From contig JALOLD010000008.1 in the NCBI GenBank assembly GCA_025456145.1, positions 1,265 through 65,264 of the forward strand: a stretch of 64,000 nt of DNA. The letters are read 5' to 3'. The notes under the pieces were generated by a model that saw only the letters and a list, made by a program, of their open reading frames with translations, did no database searches and was not told where the DNA came from. This document shows, one piece after another, positions 1 through 9,543 of this stretch. How positions within the stretch are numbered: the stretch's first letter is position 1; each line of letters starts with the position of its first letter. Made by a program: the position numbers and the translations under genes. The stretch is from Thermoanaerobaculales bacterium. Lineage in GTDB: Bacteria > Acidobacteriota > Thermoanaerobaculia > Thermoanaerobaculales > Sulfomarinibacteraceae.

Positions 1-5
1 TCGCC

Positions 6-878
6 GTGCTCGTGATGTGGATCGTCTACGGCGTCTCGTCGGGCAGCCGGCTGTCCGAGCTCGCCGGCCGGGTCGGCGCCTCGGGGCCGACCTGGCCGTG
101 GGCGATCCTCGGGATCGGCTGCGGACTGCTCGGGCTGCTCATCGTCTTCATCACCCACCAGCTCGCGAGCTCCCTCGCCGAGTACCGCTACGCGCGCAAG
201 CAGGAGGAGTTCGTCTCGACCATCACCCACGAGATGAAGTCGCCGCTGGCGGCCATCCGGCTCCATGCCCAGACCCTCGAGGAGGATCTCGAGCCGGAGG
301 AGCGCGCGCAATCGGTCGGCTACATCCTGAGGGAGTCCGAGCGCCTCGGAAAGCTCATCGACAACGTCCTCGAGAGCTCCCGGCTGGTGGCCCGTGCCCA
401 GCCCCTCGAGCTGGCGCCTGTCGCCCTGGCCCCGTTTCTCGACGCCTTCGTCGCCGAGGTCCGGCCGCGGATCGCCGAGAACGGGGTCGAGCTCGACTAC
501 CAGCGCGGGACGACCGCCCGGGTCGAGGGGACGGAGGACGGCCTCCGGCGGGTGCTCACCAACCTCGTCGACAACGCCCTGCGCTACTCGGCGAGGGGCG
601 GTCGCATCCGCCTGGTCGCCAGCGATGCCGGTGGTCTGGTCAGCCTCAGGGTCGAGGACGAGGGGCAGGGGATCCCGCGCTCGGAGCTCGGTCGGATCTT
701 CGAGAGGTTCTACCAGATCGGCCGCGACCGGGGGGCGAGCCCGGGCGCCGGCCTCGGTCTCTTCATCGTGTCCCAGCTCGTCGAGCAGATGCACGGCACG
801 GTCCGCGCCTCGTCGCACGACGACCGGCCCGGCGCGGTGTTCACCATCGAGCTGCCGGTCGCCGAGGAGGCGCCATGA
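6..878 (+). CDS. sensor histidine kinase (HisKA + HATPase_c); N-terminus possibly cut by window edge
   Basis: H-box ITHEMKSPLAAIRLH, N-box LVDNALRYS, G-boxes DEGQGIP and GLGLFIVSQLV. One TM helix lies upstream. The frame is open to the window start. The stop overlaps the next gene's ATG (ATGA, 875-878). Confidence 0.85.
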   Translation: MLVMWIVYGVSSGSRLSELAGRVGASGPTWPWAILGIGCGLLGLLIVFITHQLASSLAEYRYARKQEEFVSTITHEMKSPLAAIRLHAQTLEEDLEPEERAQSVGYILRESERLGKLIDNVLESSRLVARAQPLELAPVALAPFLDAFVAEVRPRIAENGVELDYQRGTTARVEGTEDGLRRVLTNLVDNALRYSARGGRIRLVASDAGGLVSLRVEDEGQGIPRSELGRIFERFYQIGRDRGASPGAGLGLFIVSQLVEQMHGTVRASSHDDRPGAVFTIELPVAEEAP

Positions 879-1591
879 GCGAGGGAACGGCGCGGATCCT
901 GCTGGTCGAGGACGAGGATGCGATCGCCCAGGGCCTGCTCCTCAATTTCCGGCGGAAGGGGTGGGCGCCATGCCTGGCGAGCGACGGCGACGAGGCGATC
1001 CGGCTCGCCGCGGACGGCGTGTTCGACCTCGTCGTGCTCGACATCCGGCTGCCGACGATCGACGGGTTCGAGGTCTGCCAGCGGCTGCGGGCGGCCGGCG
1101 ACCTGACGCCGATCCTCATGCTCACCGCGAGAAACCAGCCCGACGACGTGGTCTACGGCCTCAGGCTCGGCGCCGACGACTACGTGACCAAGCCCTTCGA
1201 CCTCGCCGAGCTCCTCGCCCGGGTCGAGGGTCTGCTCCGCCGTCGGGGCTGGTCGCGGACCCACCGCGACCCGACCCCGGAGAGCGGGGGAGAACGCTTC
1301 ACCTTCGGCGAGTTCTGGGTCGACTTCGGCAGCTGGCGAGCGATGACCCGGCAGGGCGAGGTCGAGCTCGCCCGCAAGGAGATCGCGGTGATGCGGGTCT
1401 TCGCCAACCGCCCAGGCCAGGTGGTGAGCCGTCGCGAGCTGCTCGCCGAGGTCTGGGGGCTGCCCGACCACCCCAACACCCGGGTCGTCGACAACGTCAT
1501 CCTGTCGCTGCGCAAGGCCTTCGAGGAGAGCTCCCTGCGACCGCGTCACATCCACAACGTGCGCGGGGTCGGCTACCGCTTCGAGGTCTGA
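875..1591 (+). CDS. OmpR-family response regulator (REC + winged-helix DNA binding)
   Basis: REC motifs ILLVEDEDA, DLVVLDIRLP, DDYVTKPF. C-terminal trans_reg_C motifs RVVDNVILSLRKA and VRGVGYRF. ATG at 875 is coupled to the kinase stop. Confidence 0.9.
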   Translation: MSEGTARILLVEDEDAIAQGLLLNFRRKGWAPCLASDGDEAIRLAADGVFDLVVLDIRLPTIDGFEVCQRLRAAGDLTPILMLTARNQPDDVVYGLRLGADDYVTKPFDLAELLARVEGLLRRRGWSRTHRDPTPESGGERFTFGEFWVDFGSWRAMTRQGEVELARKEIAVMRVFANRPGQVVSRRELLAEVWGLPDHPNTRVVDNVILSLRKAFEESSLRPRHIHNVRGVGYRFEV

Positions 1592-1776
1592 GCCGGGCGA
1601 CCCGCGCCGCCCGCCCTGAAGGCCCCGAATCGAGAGCGGGTCGCGCTTTCGACGCCGGACCCGACCCCGTCGGTCGCCGGGCACCCCCGGTTGACGCGTT
1701 CAGCCAGGGACGCGGCGCGCTCGTCCATGGCGACAAGGCGCCGGGTGACCGATCGTCATGGAGGGGAGGCTCTGCC

Positions 1777-4700
1777 ATGAAGCTCAAGCTCTCGTTGTGC
1801 GCAGTCGTCGTGCTCTCGATCGGTTTCTCGGTCCCGCTTGCCGCCCAGTGCGGCGACCCGGTCGGAGACTGGGGCTATGGTCCGACCACCGCCGCCGACG
1901 GCGAGGGGACGATCGCCGCCTACGGCAGCGGCCGGGTGCTGCAGGTGGCCCGACTCGCGGACCCGGCGGCGCCGGTGCCCATCGGCTCGCTGGCCATGCC
2001 GGGCGAGGTCGAGGACGTCGTGGTGACCGGGCCCTGGGCCTTCGTCGCGGCGTCGCTGGGCGGGCTGGTGGTCGTCGACCTGACCACTCCCGCTCGGCCC
2101 GAGATCGCGGCGGTGGTCGATACCTCAGGGTCGATGCGGAGCGTCGTCGTCACGGGGACCCGGGCCTTCGCGGTCGACAGTGTCGAGGGGCTGATCATCC
2201 TCGACGTCGCCGAGCCGGCCCTGCCGGAGCGGCTGGCGAGCCTGGAGCTCAGCGGGAGCCCGTGGGACGTCGCGGTGCACGGCACCCTCGCCTACGTCGC
2301 CGAGCAGTACACCGGGCTCCGGGTGATCGACATCGCCGACCCCGCCGACCCGGTGTTGGTCGCGACCCTCGAGGGTCTGGACCACCCGCGTCGGATCGCC
2401 GTCACCGAGGACGGGTCGATGGTGTACGTCACGAACTTCTTCGAGGGCTTCCACATCGTCGACGTGTCGGACCACCTCGCCCCGGAGGAGGTGGATCTGG
2501 TCGGGATCCAGGACTACACCCTCGATCTCGAGATCGACGGCGACTCCCTTTTCGTCGCCAACCGGGGCAACGGCCTGAGGGTCTACGACCTCGCCGACCC
2601 GGCGGCGCCGGTCGAGGTCGCCCGGGTGGACCAAGACGGCGAGTGCCAGAGCGTGTCGGTGCGGGACGGCCTCGCCTACCTCGGCAACTATGACGCCGGG
2701 CTTCGGGTCGTCGACGTGAGCGTGCCCGCGGACTCCGAGGAGGTCGGCTTTATCGACGGTCACCCCGAGTCGAAGGGCGTCGCCGTCCAGGGCGGTCTGG
2801 CCTATCTCCCGGGAGGCGGGCGGCAGACAATCGTCGACCTCGCCCGGCCCGACCAGCCGAGCGAGGTCTCGGTGACCGATGCTCCGGGCTACCTCCGCCG
2901 GGCGGTGGTCGACGATCGCTACATCTACGCGGCCGATGGGACCGGCGGGCTCCGGGTGATCGACATCGCCGATCCCGCGCATCCCGAGACCGTCGGCTTC
3001 GTCGACTCGCCGGACGCCATCGACGTGGTCAAGGAGGGCGACACGGTCTTCCTCGCGACCTACGACGACGGGGTGCGGGTGATCGACGTCTCGACCCCGA
3101 CCGCGCCGACCATCCTCGGCAGCCTGGAGGCTTTCCGCACCGACTTCATGGCCTACGCGGGGGGTGTGCTCTTCGTTCCCGAGTACAACGTCGGCGTCCA
3201 CCTCGTGGATGTCACCGACCCGGCGGCGCCGACCGAGGTCGGGCTGATCGATGGCATCAACCCGAACGGCCGACCCGAGGTCGCCGGGGACATCCTGTTC
3301 GTCACCGACACGGTGGCCGGCATCCGGGTCTACGACATCGCCAACCCGCGGGCCCCGGTCGAGATCGGGAGCATCGCGGAGCCCCGTTACGGGTTCGGGA
3401 TGGCGGCGATCGGCCATCTGCTCTTGGTCGCGACGATCTACGACGGCTACTTCGTCTACGACGTCTCGGACCCGACGGCGGCGGTCGAGGTGGCGGCGGG
3501 TCCGCTGGCCACGACGGCCGAGGGAGAGGTCAGCGCCGAGGGCACCCTGGCGCTGGTCGCCGAGGTCTACGGCGGAGCCGAGATCTTCGACCTCGGTCCC
3601 TGCCTCACCGAGCCTCCGGCGGCCGACTTCCTGTGGCGACCGACGAGCCCCGAGGCGGGCCGCGCCGTCCGGCTGACCGACACCTCGATCGGCGCCATCG
3701 CGACCTGGCAGTGGAGCTTCGGCGACGGCGGTTCGAGCAGCGAGCGGAACCCGAGCCACGTCTGGGCCGAGCCCGGCGACTACGAGGTCAGCCTGATGGT
3801 GACCGGGCCCTACGGCAGCCAGACCGCGGTCCGGACGGTCACGGTGGCGCCCCGGTCGGGGGGCGTCCCACCGATCACCGATCCCGGCGAGCACGTCTGG
3901 GTGATCGCCGCCGCCGCGCACGCCCGCGGGCTCGCCGAGACTCGGTGGGTGACCGATGTCGTCCTCCACAACCCGGGAGGCGACGCCGCCCAGGCCCACC
4001 TCTGGTTCATGAAGGCCGGTCAGGGCAACCTCGGCGCCGAGGGCGAGCCGGTGACGGTGGCGGCGGGAGGATCGCTGCTGATCGAGGACGTCGTGCTCGG
4101 GCTCTTCGGCCAGGACGAGACCTCGGGCGCCCTGCTGATCGGCGCCGACCAGCCGTTGTTGGTGACCTCTCGAACCTACAACGACGCGGCGTCGGGGACC
4201 TATGGTCAGTTCATTCCCGGTCGCGAGCTGGCGGGGGCGGTCGGCAGCGACGAGACGGTCCGTCTCGTCCAGCTCACCCGATCGGCGGACTTCCGGACCA
4301 ACCTCGGCGTCGCCAACCCGACCGGCGACACGGTCGTGGTCGATGTCGAGCTGGTCCGCGCCGACGGGGCCCCGCTCGCGACCCGAACGCTCACCGTCCC
4401 GGCCTACGGTCATCTCCAACGGACCGACATCTTCGGCGCCGATGTCGATGACGCATTGGCGGTGGTCAGCTCGGCGACGCCGGGGGCGGCCTACTTCCCA
4501 TACGCCTCGGTGGTCGACAACCGGACCGGCGACCCGATGATGGTCGAGCCGATCCCGCCTGGCGGCGAGCTGGTCGTCGCCGCCGCGGCCCACGTCGGCG
4601 GGCTGGAAGGCACCGACTGGCGGACCGATCTCGAGGTCTGCAACTTCGACCCCGACATCGCCGATCTCGAGGTCGCGATGCTGGTGAGCGACCAGGCGAA

Positions 4701-5265
4701 CACGTCGCCCGCGACGGCGTCGATGAGCCTTGCCGCCTCGAGCTGCGAGCGGGTGCCCGATGTCCTCGACGCGCTGTTCGACCACGAGGGGAGCGCCGCC
4801 CTCGAGCTGCGTTCCGCCAAGCATGAGATCGCCGTGTCGAGCCGGACCTACAACCGCACCACCACCGGCACCTACGGGCAGTTCCTGCCCGGGGCCGGCG
4901 AGCCCGCGGTGGTGACCGTGGGGCAGGAGGCGAGGCTCGTCCAGCTCGCCCAGTCCTCCGGGAACGACACCGGGTTCAGGACCAACATCGGCTTCGTCAA
5001 CCGGACCGCGGTTCCGATCCAGATCGAGGTCGACCTCCGATTCGGTACCGGGACGAGCCTCGGGACCCTGACCGTTCCCCTCGAACCGTACGAGCACCGT
5101 CAGCTCAACCGGATCTTCCGGCAGGTGACCTCGGGCGAGGTTGCCAACGGGTTCGCGGTGGTCAGCTCGACGAGCCCCGGCGCCGCCTTCGTCGCCTACG
5201 CCTCGGTGGTCGACAACGCCTCGGGGGACCCGGTCTTCATCCCGGCGGCCCAGCTGGAGGACTGA
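1777..5265 (+). CDS. secreted LVIVD-repeat beta-propeller protein with a PKD-like module and two paralogous uncharacterised C-terminal modules
   Basis: Signal peptide MKLKLSLCAVVVLSIGFSVPLAAQ. Many degenerate LVIVD repeats (GLVVVDLT, GLIILDVA, GLRVIDIAD, GFHIVDVSD, GLRVYDLAD, GLRVVDVS, GLRVIDIADP, GVRVIDVS, GIRVYDIAN). PKD-like WQWSFGDGGSS..NPSHVWAEPGDYEVSLMV. GGAGG-type RBS before ATG 1777. Confidence 0.8.
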   Translation: MKLKLSLCAVVVLSIGFSVPLAAQCGDPVGDWGYGPTTAADGEGTIAAYGSGRVLQVARLADPAAPVPIGSLAMPGEVEDVVVTGPWAFVAASLGGLVVVDLTTPARPEIAAVVDTSGSMRSVVVTGTRAFAVDSVEGLIILDVAEPALPERLASLELSGSPWDVAVHGTLAYVAEQYTGLRVIDIADPADPVLVATLEGLDHPRRIAVTEDGSMVYVTNFFEGFHIVDVSDHLAPEEVDLVGIQDYTLDLEIDGDSLFVANRGNGLRVYDLADPAAPVEVARVDQDGECQSVSVRDGLAYLGNYDAGLRVVDVSVPADSEEVGFIDGHPESKGVAVQGGLAYLPGGGRQTIVDLARPDQPSEVSVTDAPGYLRRAVVDDRYIYAADGTGGLRVIDIADPAHPETVGFVDSPDAIDVVKEGDTVFLATYDDGVRVIDVSTPTAPTILGSLEAFRTDFMAYAGGVLFVPEYNVGVHLVDVTDPAAPTEVGLIDGINPNGRPEVAGDILFVTDTVAGIRVYDIANPRAPVEIGSIAEPRYGFGMAAIGHLLLVATIYDGYFVYDVSDPTAAVEVAAGPLATTAEGEVSAEGTLALVAEVYGGAEIFDLGPCLTEPPAADFLWRPTSPEAGRAVRLTDTSIGAIATWQWSFGDGGSSSERNPSHVWAEPGDYEVSLMVTGPYGSQTAVRTVTVAPRSGGVPPITDPGEHVWVIAAAAHARGLAETRWVTDVVLHNPGGDAAQAHLWFMKAGQGNLGAEGEPVTVAAGGSLLIEDVVLGLFGQDETSGALLIGADQPLLVTSRTYNDAASGTYGQFIPGRELAGAVGSDETVRLVQLTRSADFRTNLGVANPTGDTVVVDVELVRADGAPLATRTLTVPAYGHLQRTDIFGADVDDALAVVSSATPGAAYFPYASVVDNRTGDPMMVEPIPPGGELVVAAAAHVGGLEGTDWRTDLEVCNFDPDIADLEVAMLVSDQANTSPATASMSLAASSCERVPDVLDALFDHEGSAALELRSAKHEIAVSSRTYNRTTTGTYGQFLPGAGEPAVVTVGQEARLVQLAQSSGNDTGFRTNIGFVNRTAVPIQIEVDLRFGTGTSLGTLTVPLEPYEHRQLNRIFRQVTSGEVANGFAVVSSTSPGAAFVAYASVVDNASGDPVFIPAAQLED

Positions 5266-5332
5266 GCCGCAAAGCGAGACCGCGTCGCGGCGTCGATCGG
5301 CAGGCGCCGCGGCGCGGGCTGCCTCGATCGGC

Positions 5333-8300
5333 TCAGCGCGGTCGCGAGATCCTCGCGGACAGCTCGTCGATCTCCCGCTGGATCAGCGGGTTGAGCCGGG
5401 AGGCCTGGTCGAGGCGGGTCCTCGCCGCCCGGAACAGCTCGTCGCGGCGGGCCGGGTCCGACTCGGCCTCGACGATCAGCAGCCCGGCATCGGTGACCAA
5501 CGCCGAGGCCAGCGAGGGGTTGCGGGCCAGGGCTTCGTAGACCAGGCGGCGGCCGCGTCGGACCTCGGCCGCAACCGGCTCGCCCCGGAGCAGCGCCGCC
5601 TCGGCCCGCCAGCGGGCGACCTCGGCCGCGCTCTGGTAGGCGATCGGGTTCTGCGGGTTGACCTCGAGCCCGCGCCGGGCCGCGCGCTCGGCGTCCCGGA
5701 GCTCGCGCTCGCCCGACCGGCCGTTGGCCATCGCCCAGCGGGCGGCGATGACCTCGGCCGCCACCAGCTCGGGGTAGGCGAAGGAGATGTTGGGGTTGAG
5801 CTCGAGGGCGCGGGCGAGGTCGGACCGTGCCGCCTGCACCGCGTCGGTCGGGTCGCGGCCGGCCTCGAGCTCGACCAGGGCGAGGGTGCGCCAGGCGAGG
5901 CCCCGGTTGGCGTGGGCGTAGTGGTAGTTCGGGTTGCGCTCGATCGCCCGGTCGAAGGAGGAGATCGCCCCGGCGAGGGTCGCGAAGGGCGACGCGCCGG
6001 TACGGTGCTCGAAGACCGCGGCGCGCCAGCGGGCGATCCCCGCGTTGTTGTGGGCGTTGGCATAGCGGGGCTCGAGCTCGGTCGCCCGCCGGAAGGCCTC
6101 GAGGGCGCGGTCGAGCGAGCTCCTCGGGTCGAGCCCGACGCTCATCTCGTACTTCGCGGTGCGCTCCCAGGCGTAGCCGAGGTCGTCGTATGACAGCACC
6201 GAGGTCGGGTCGAGATCGACCGCCCGCTGGAGGCTCTCGATGGCCCGGCGGAGCTCGGGCTGCGGGTCGAGCCCCCGGTCCTGCCGGTGCTGGGCGACGA
6301 CCACCAGGGTTCCCCCGAGCGTCGCATGGGCGACGGCGCTCTCGGGCTCGATCTCGATCGCGCGCTCGGCGGCCTGGATCGCGTTGTCGAGGTAGGGGAC
6401 CGGGTCCTCTCCGCGGTCGTTGGCGAGGTCGGCGCGCATCCAGTGGAGACGGGCGAGCCGTTCGTGGACGCCGGCACGGTTCGGGTCGATCGCCACCGCC
6501 CGGTCGCAGGCCGCGACCGCGCGGGCGAAGGCGCCCTCCGCGGTGACGCCCCGCCGGCCCTCGACCTCCATGACCAGCGTCCACCGGCCGCAGTCGCCCT
6601 CCTGGATCGCCGGGTCGGAGCGGGCGATGTCGGCGGCCGCCTCGTAGGCGGCGCCGGCGCGGGAGAACGCGGCCATTGCGCCGTCGTAGTCGCCCCCGAG
6701 GGCGAGCTCGGTACCCATCTCGAGGTGGATGTCGGCGCCGAGCTTGGCGGCCTCGTACAGCCACTCGGCGTTTCCGGCGGCCTGGTCGGCCTTGGCGAGC
6801 GCGGTCTCGAGGTCGCCGCCGTAGTAGGCGATGAGACCCTCGACATAGGCCGGCTCCTCGATCCCGAGACCGCTCGACCGGCGCAGCAGGGCGAGGGCCT
6901 CGTCGCGCAGCTCGCGTTCGATCTGGCTGACCCGGGCGGCGCGCAGCTCGGGGTCGGCGATGCGACGGGCGAGGCGGAGCTCGCGCTCGTAGAGCCGGCC
7001 GAGCACCAGACCGAGCGAGGACGCCACCCCCGGCGAGTCGTACCCGACGGCGAGGGCGAGGCGGAGGTGCTCCTCGGCCTCGTCGAGGTTCTCGAGGATC
7101 AGGTGGCCACGGCCGAGGGCGTAGTGGCCGGGGCCGAAGGCGATCTCGCCGCCCGCCGCCATCTCGTTGCGGATCGCGTCCATCCGGGCGAGGATCGACC
7201 GCCGCTCGGACGACCGGTCGTGGAGGGGCATCATCGCCGCCACCCGGGCCAGGCTCTCGATCTCCTTGGCCTGCCCGACGAAGTGCTCGGCGACCGTCGC
7301 CCGCCTGCGACCCTCGATCTCGGCGCGGATGCCGAGCGCCGCGAGGATGACCATGATCCCGGCCGCCGCCACCGCGACTGCGGTGAGCACCTTGTGCTTG
7401 CGGATCTTCTTGGAGACCTTGTAGAGCAGGCTCGCGCGACGCGCCTGGATCGGTTCGCCGGCGAGGAACCGCTCGAGGTCCTCGGCGACCTCGCGGGCGG
7501 TGGCATAGCGGCGATCCGGCTCCTTCTCGAGGCACTTGAGGATGATCGTCTCGAGATCGACCGGGACGTCGGCGTTGAGCCGGTGGGGCGGCTCCGGCTC
7601 GCGCTCGGTGACCCCGGTGATGATCTCGGGGTAGCCGCCCTCGTAGGGCGACTTGCCGGTGACGAACCAGTACAGGGTGGCGCCGACGCCGTACACATCG
7701 GTCCGCCAGTCGAGCTTGGAGGTCTCGCCGCGGACCTGCTCGGGGGCGCAGAAGGCCGGGGTCCCGAGCACCATCCCGGTCACCGTCAGGTCGTGGCCCT
7801 CGATGTCGCGGGCGATGCCGAAGTCGACGATGAACGGTCGCCAGCCCTCGTCCGGCTGGTGCTCGACGAGGATGTTGCCCGGCTTGATGTCGCGGTGGAT
7901 GAGCCCGGCGAGGTGGGCGGCGTGGAGGGCCTCGGCCACCGCCCGCATGATCTGGACCTTCTGGCCCAGCGACAGCAGGTCGGTGATCTGCTTGAGCGAG
8001 CCGCCAGCGACGTACTGCATCGCGATGTACGAGTGGCCCTGGACCTCGCCGACCTCATAGACCGGGCAGACGTTGTCGTGGTCGATCCTGGCCTGGGCCT
8101 GGGCCTCGCGGGTGAAGCGCTCGATCAGCTCCGGGTCGTCTCGCCGGAGAAACTTGAGGGCGACGTAGCGGCCGAGCCTCGGGTCGCGGGCCTTGAAGAC
8201 GTCGCCCATGCCGCCGCGACCGATGAACTCCTCGATCTCGTAGCGGTCCCAGTCGGTCACCGGGAAGCGCTCGAAGGGGTCGGCGCCGCCGGCGCCCGGC

Positions 8301-8605
8301 CGCACCGGCCGGGCCTTGTCGGCGGTCGTGTCGTCGACCACCATCCCGTCGGCGAGCTCCTGCGCCTCGGCCTCCTTGGCCAGCCGGGCGAGGGTGTCGT
8401 CGTCGATCAGCTCGGGGCTGATGAAGCCCCTCAGGGTCGGCTCCTGGAGCCCGTGATCGGCGAGCTGCCGGCGCACCTCGACGAGGGTCGAGTCGGCGGC
8501 GCCGGCGTCGATCAGCCCGCGTCCGACGGCGAGTCGGAGGACCCTCTCGGCGACCCGGGCCAGGGGCGGCCGGCGGTCGGGGCTGGGCTCGGCTCTGGAC
8601 ATCAT
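5333..8605 (-). CDS. Ser/Thr protein kinase with TM helix and long TPR-like C-terminal region
   Basis: Hanks motifs GRGGMGDVFKA, YVALKFL, HRDIKPGNIL, DFGIARD, GTPAFCAPE. TM helix VLTAVAVAAAGIMVILAALGI. About 600 aa of TPR-like helical repeats. Start set at ATGATG 8600-8605, because the longer ORF (to 9175) runs through the cyclophilin CDS in another frame. Confidence 0.85.
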   Translation of the reverse strand: MMSRAEPSPDRRPPLARVAERVLRLAVGRGLIDAGAADSTLVEVRRQLADHGLQEPTLRGFISPELIDDDTLARLAKEAEAQELADGMVVDDTTADKARPVRPGAGGADPFERFPVTDWDRYEIEEFIGRGGMGDVFKARDPRLGRYVALKFLRRDDPELIERFTREAQAQARIDHDNVCPVYEVGEVQGHSYIAMQYVAGGSLKQITDLLSLGQKVQIMRAVAEALHAAHLAGLIHRDIKPGNILVEHQPDEGWRPFIVDFGIARDIEGHDLTVTGMVLGTPAFCAPEQVRGETSKLDWRTDVYGVGATLYWFVTGKSPYEGGYPEIITGVTEREPEPPHRLNADVPVDLETIILKCLEKEPDRRYATAREVAEDLERFLAGEPIQARRASLLYKVSKKIRKHKVLTAVAVAAAGIMVILAALGIRAEIEGRRRATVAEHFVGQAKEIESLARVAAMMPLHDRSSERRSILARMDAIRNEMAAGGEIAFGPGHYALGRGHLILENLDEAEEHLRLALAVGYDSPGVASSLGLVLGRLYERELRLARRIADPELRAARVSQIERELRDEALALLRRSSGLGIEEPAYVEGLIAYYGGDLETALAKADQAAGNAEWLYEAAKLGADIHLEMGTELALGGDYDGAMAAFSRAGAAYEAAADIARSDPAIQEGDCGRWTLVMEVEGRRGVTAEGAFARAVAACDRAVAIDPNRAGVHERLARLHWMRADLANDRGEDPVPYLDNAIQAAERAIEIEPESAVAHATLGGTLVVVAQHRQDRGLDPQPELRRAIESLQRAVDLDPTSVLSYDDLGYAWERTAKYEMSVGLDPRSSLDRALEAFRRATELEPRYANAHNNAGIARWRAAVFEHRTGASPFATLAGAISSFDRAIERNPNYHYAHANRGLAWRTLALVELEAGRDPTDAVQAARSDLARALELNPNISFAYPELVAAEVIAARWAMANGRSGERELRDAERAARRGLEVNPQNPIAYQSAAEVARWRAEAALLRGEPVAAEVRRGRRLVYEALARNPSLASALVTDAGLLIVEAESDPARRDELFRAARTRLDQASRLNPLIQREIDELSARISRPR

Positions 8606-8682
8606 CCTCGCGAGCGATGATACAGCGGCGCCGCGCCCCGAGGTACGGCGGTCGATCGGTACACTCGCGCGGCTCGGGAGGG

Positions 8683-9402
8683 CTACTCGCCCTGGGCAGG
8701 GTCCTCGGCGACGAGGGTCGCGCGCACGATCGAGTCGAGCTCGGGGAAGTCGGCCTCGAGATAGGCGTTGCCCTCGGCGGCGATCCGCTGCTGGCTCGGG
8801 CCGCGGCCCCGCGGCGCGCCCTCGCCATAGCCCGAGTACAGGGCGTCGACCGCGTCCATCCCCGAGATCACCCTGCCGAAGGGCGCGAACGAGCCGTGGT
8901 CCTTGAGGTAGGAGTTGTCGGTGAAGTTGATGAAGAACTGGGTGGTCCGGGCATTGGGTGCGGCCGGCTGGGCGAAGGTCACCATGCCGCGCGCGTTGTC
9001 CTTGACGATCGGGTCGTCGGCGATCGTCGCCCGCGACCAGGCCCGCGACACCGCCGGGTCGGGGTTGAAGCCGCACTGGGCCATGAACCCGGGGATGACC
9101 CGGTAGAACACGGCGCCGTCGTAGAAGCCGATCTTCACCAGGTTGTAGAAGCGGTCGGCGCCGTTCGGCGCCCACTCGCGGTTGACCAGGATCACGATCT
9201 CGCCGGCGGTGGTCTCGAGCTTGACCCGGAAGGCGTCCGGGGCGCGCTCGGTGGCCAGCGAGGGGTCGAGGAGGGCGGGTTGGGAGGCCACGACGGCGGT
9301 GTCGCCGGCGTCGGTCTGTGCGGCGGCGGGTCCGCCCGAGGCGACGGCGAGCAGGAGGGTGGCGAGAAAGAGAAGACGTCGAGGCCTGAGGTCGTGGGTC
9401 AT
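8683..9402 (-). CDS. secreted cyclophilin-type peptidyl-prolyl cis-trans isomerase
   Basis: FYRVIPGFMAQCG, GMVTFAQ, TTQFFINF, FGRVISGMD. N-terminal signal peptide LLFLATLLLAVASGGPAAAQ. ATG at 9400-9402. Confidence 0.9.
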   Translation of the reverse strand: MTHDLRPRRLLFLATLLLAVASGGPAAAQTDAGDTAVVASQPALLDPSLATERAPDAFRVKLETTAGEIVILVNREWAPNGADRFYNLVKIGFYDGAVFYRVIPGFMAQCGFNPDPAVSRAWSRATIADDPIVKDNARGMVTFAQPAAPNARTTQFFINFTDNSYLKDHGSFAPFGRVISGMDAVDALYSGYGEGAPRGRGPSQQRIAAEGNAYLEADFPELDSIVRATLVAEDPAQGE

Positions 9403-9543
9403 CGGTTCTCCCTTCGGACTGCGGGTCGGTCGCGGGACGCCGCCTCGTCCGGCGGCTGGTCCACCGGAAGATCTTACAACGGAGAGGTCGGCAGGGGTCG
9501 AGGGTGCTCGTCGACCCGGGGGATTCCGTGCAACAATGACCCC

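Noticed and set aside
2125-5097. Very long antisense or alternative-frame ORFs (e.g. 2125-5097 minus, 13074-15605 plus, 31753-35616 plus, 5196-7535 minus, 48867-51257 minus, 51155-54634 plus)
   Set aside because: They overlap genes with clear family motifs. They are Arg/Pro/Gly/Asp-rich with no motifs, which is typical of stop-codon depletion in 70% GC DNA.
5266-5332. Bidirectional terminator between the LVIVD gene and the kinase gene
   Set aside because: Only a short, imperfect GC stem (GGCAG...CTGCC) without T-tracts on either strand. It is too weak to call.
8606-9175. N-terminal 190-aa extension of the Ser/Thr kinase ORF
   Set aside because: This part runs through the cyclophilin CDS in a different frame on the same strand and has junk-like Arg/Pro composition. 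The kinase most plausibly starts at 8605.
8617-9543. N-terminal 309-aa extension of the REC-HATPase ORF
   Set aside because: It is antisense to the well-supported cyclophilin gene and its promoter region. The receiver domain starts right after GTG 9544/9577.
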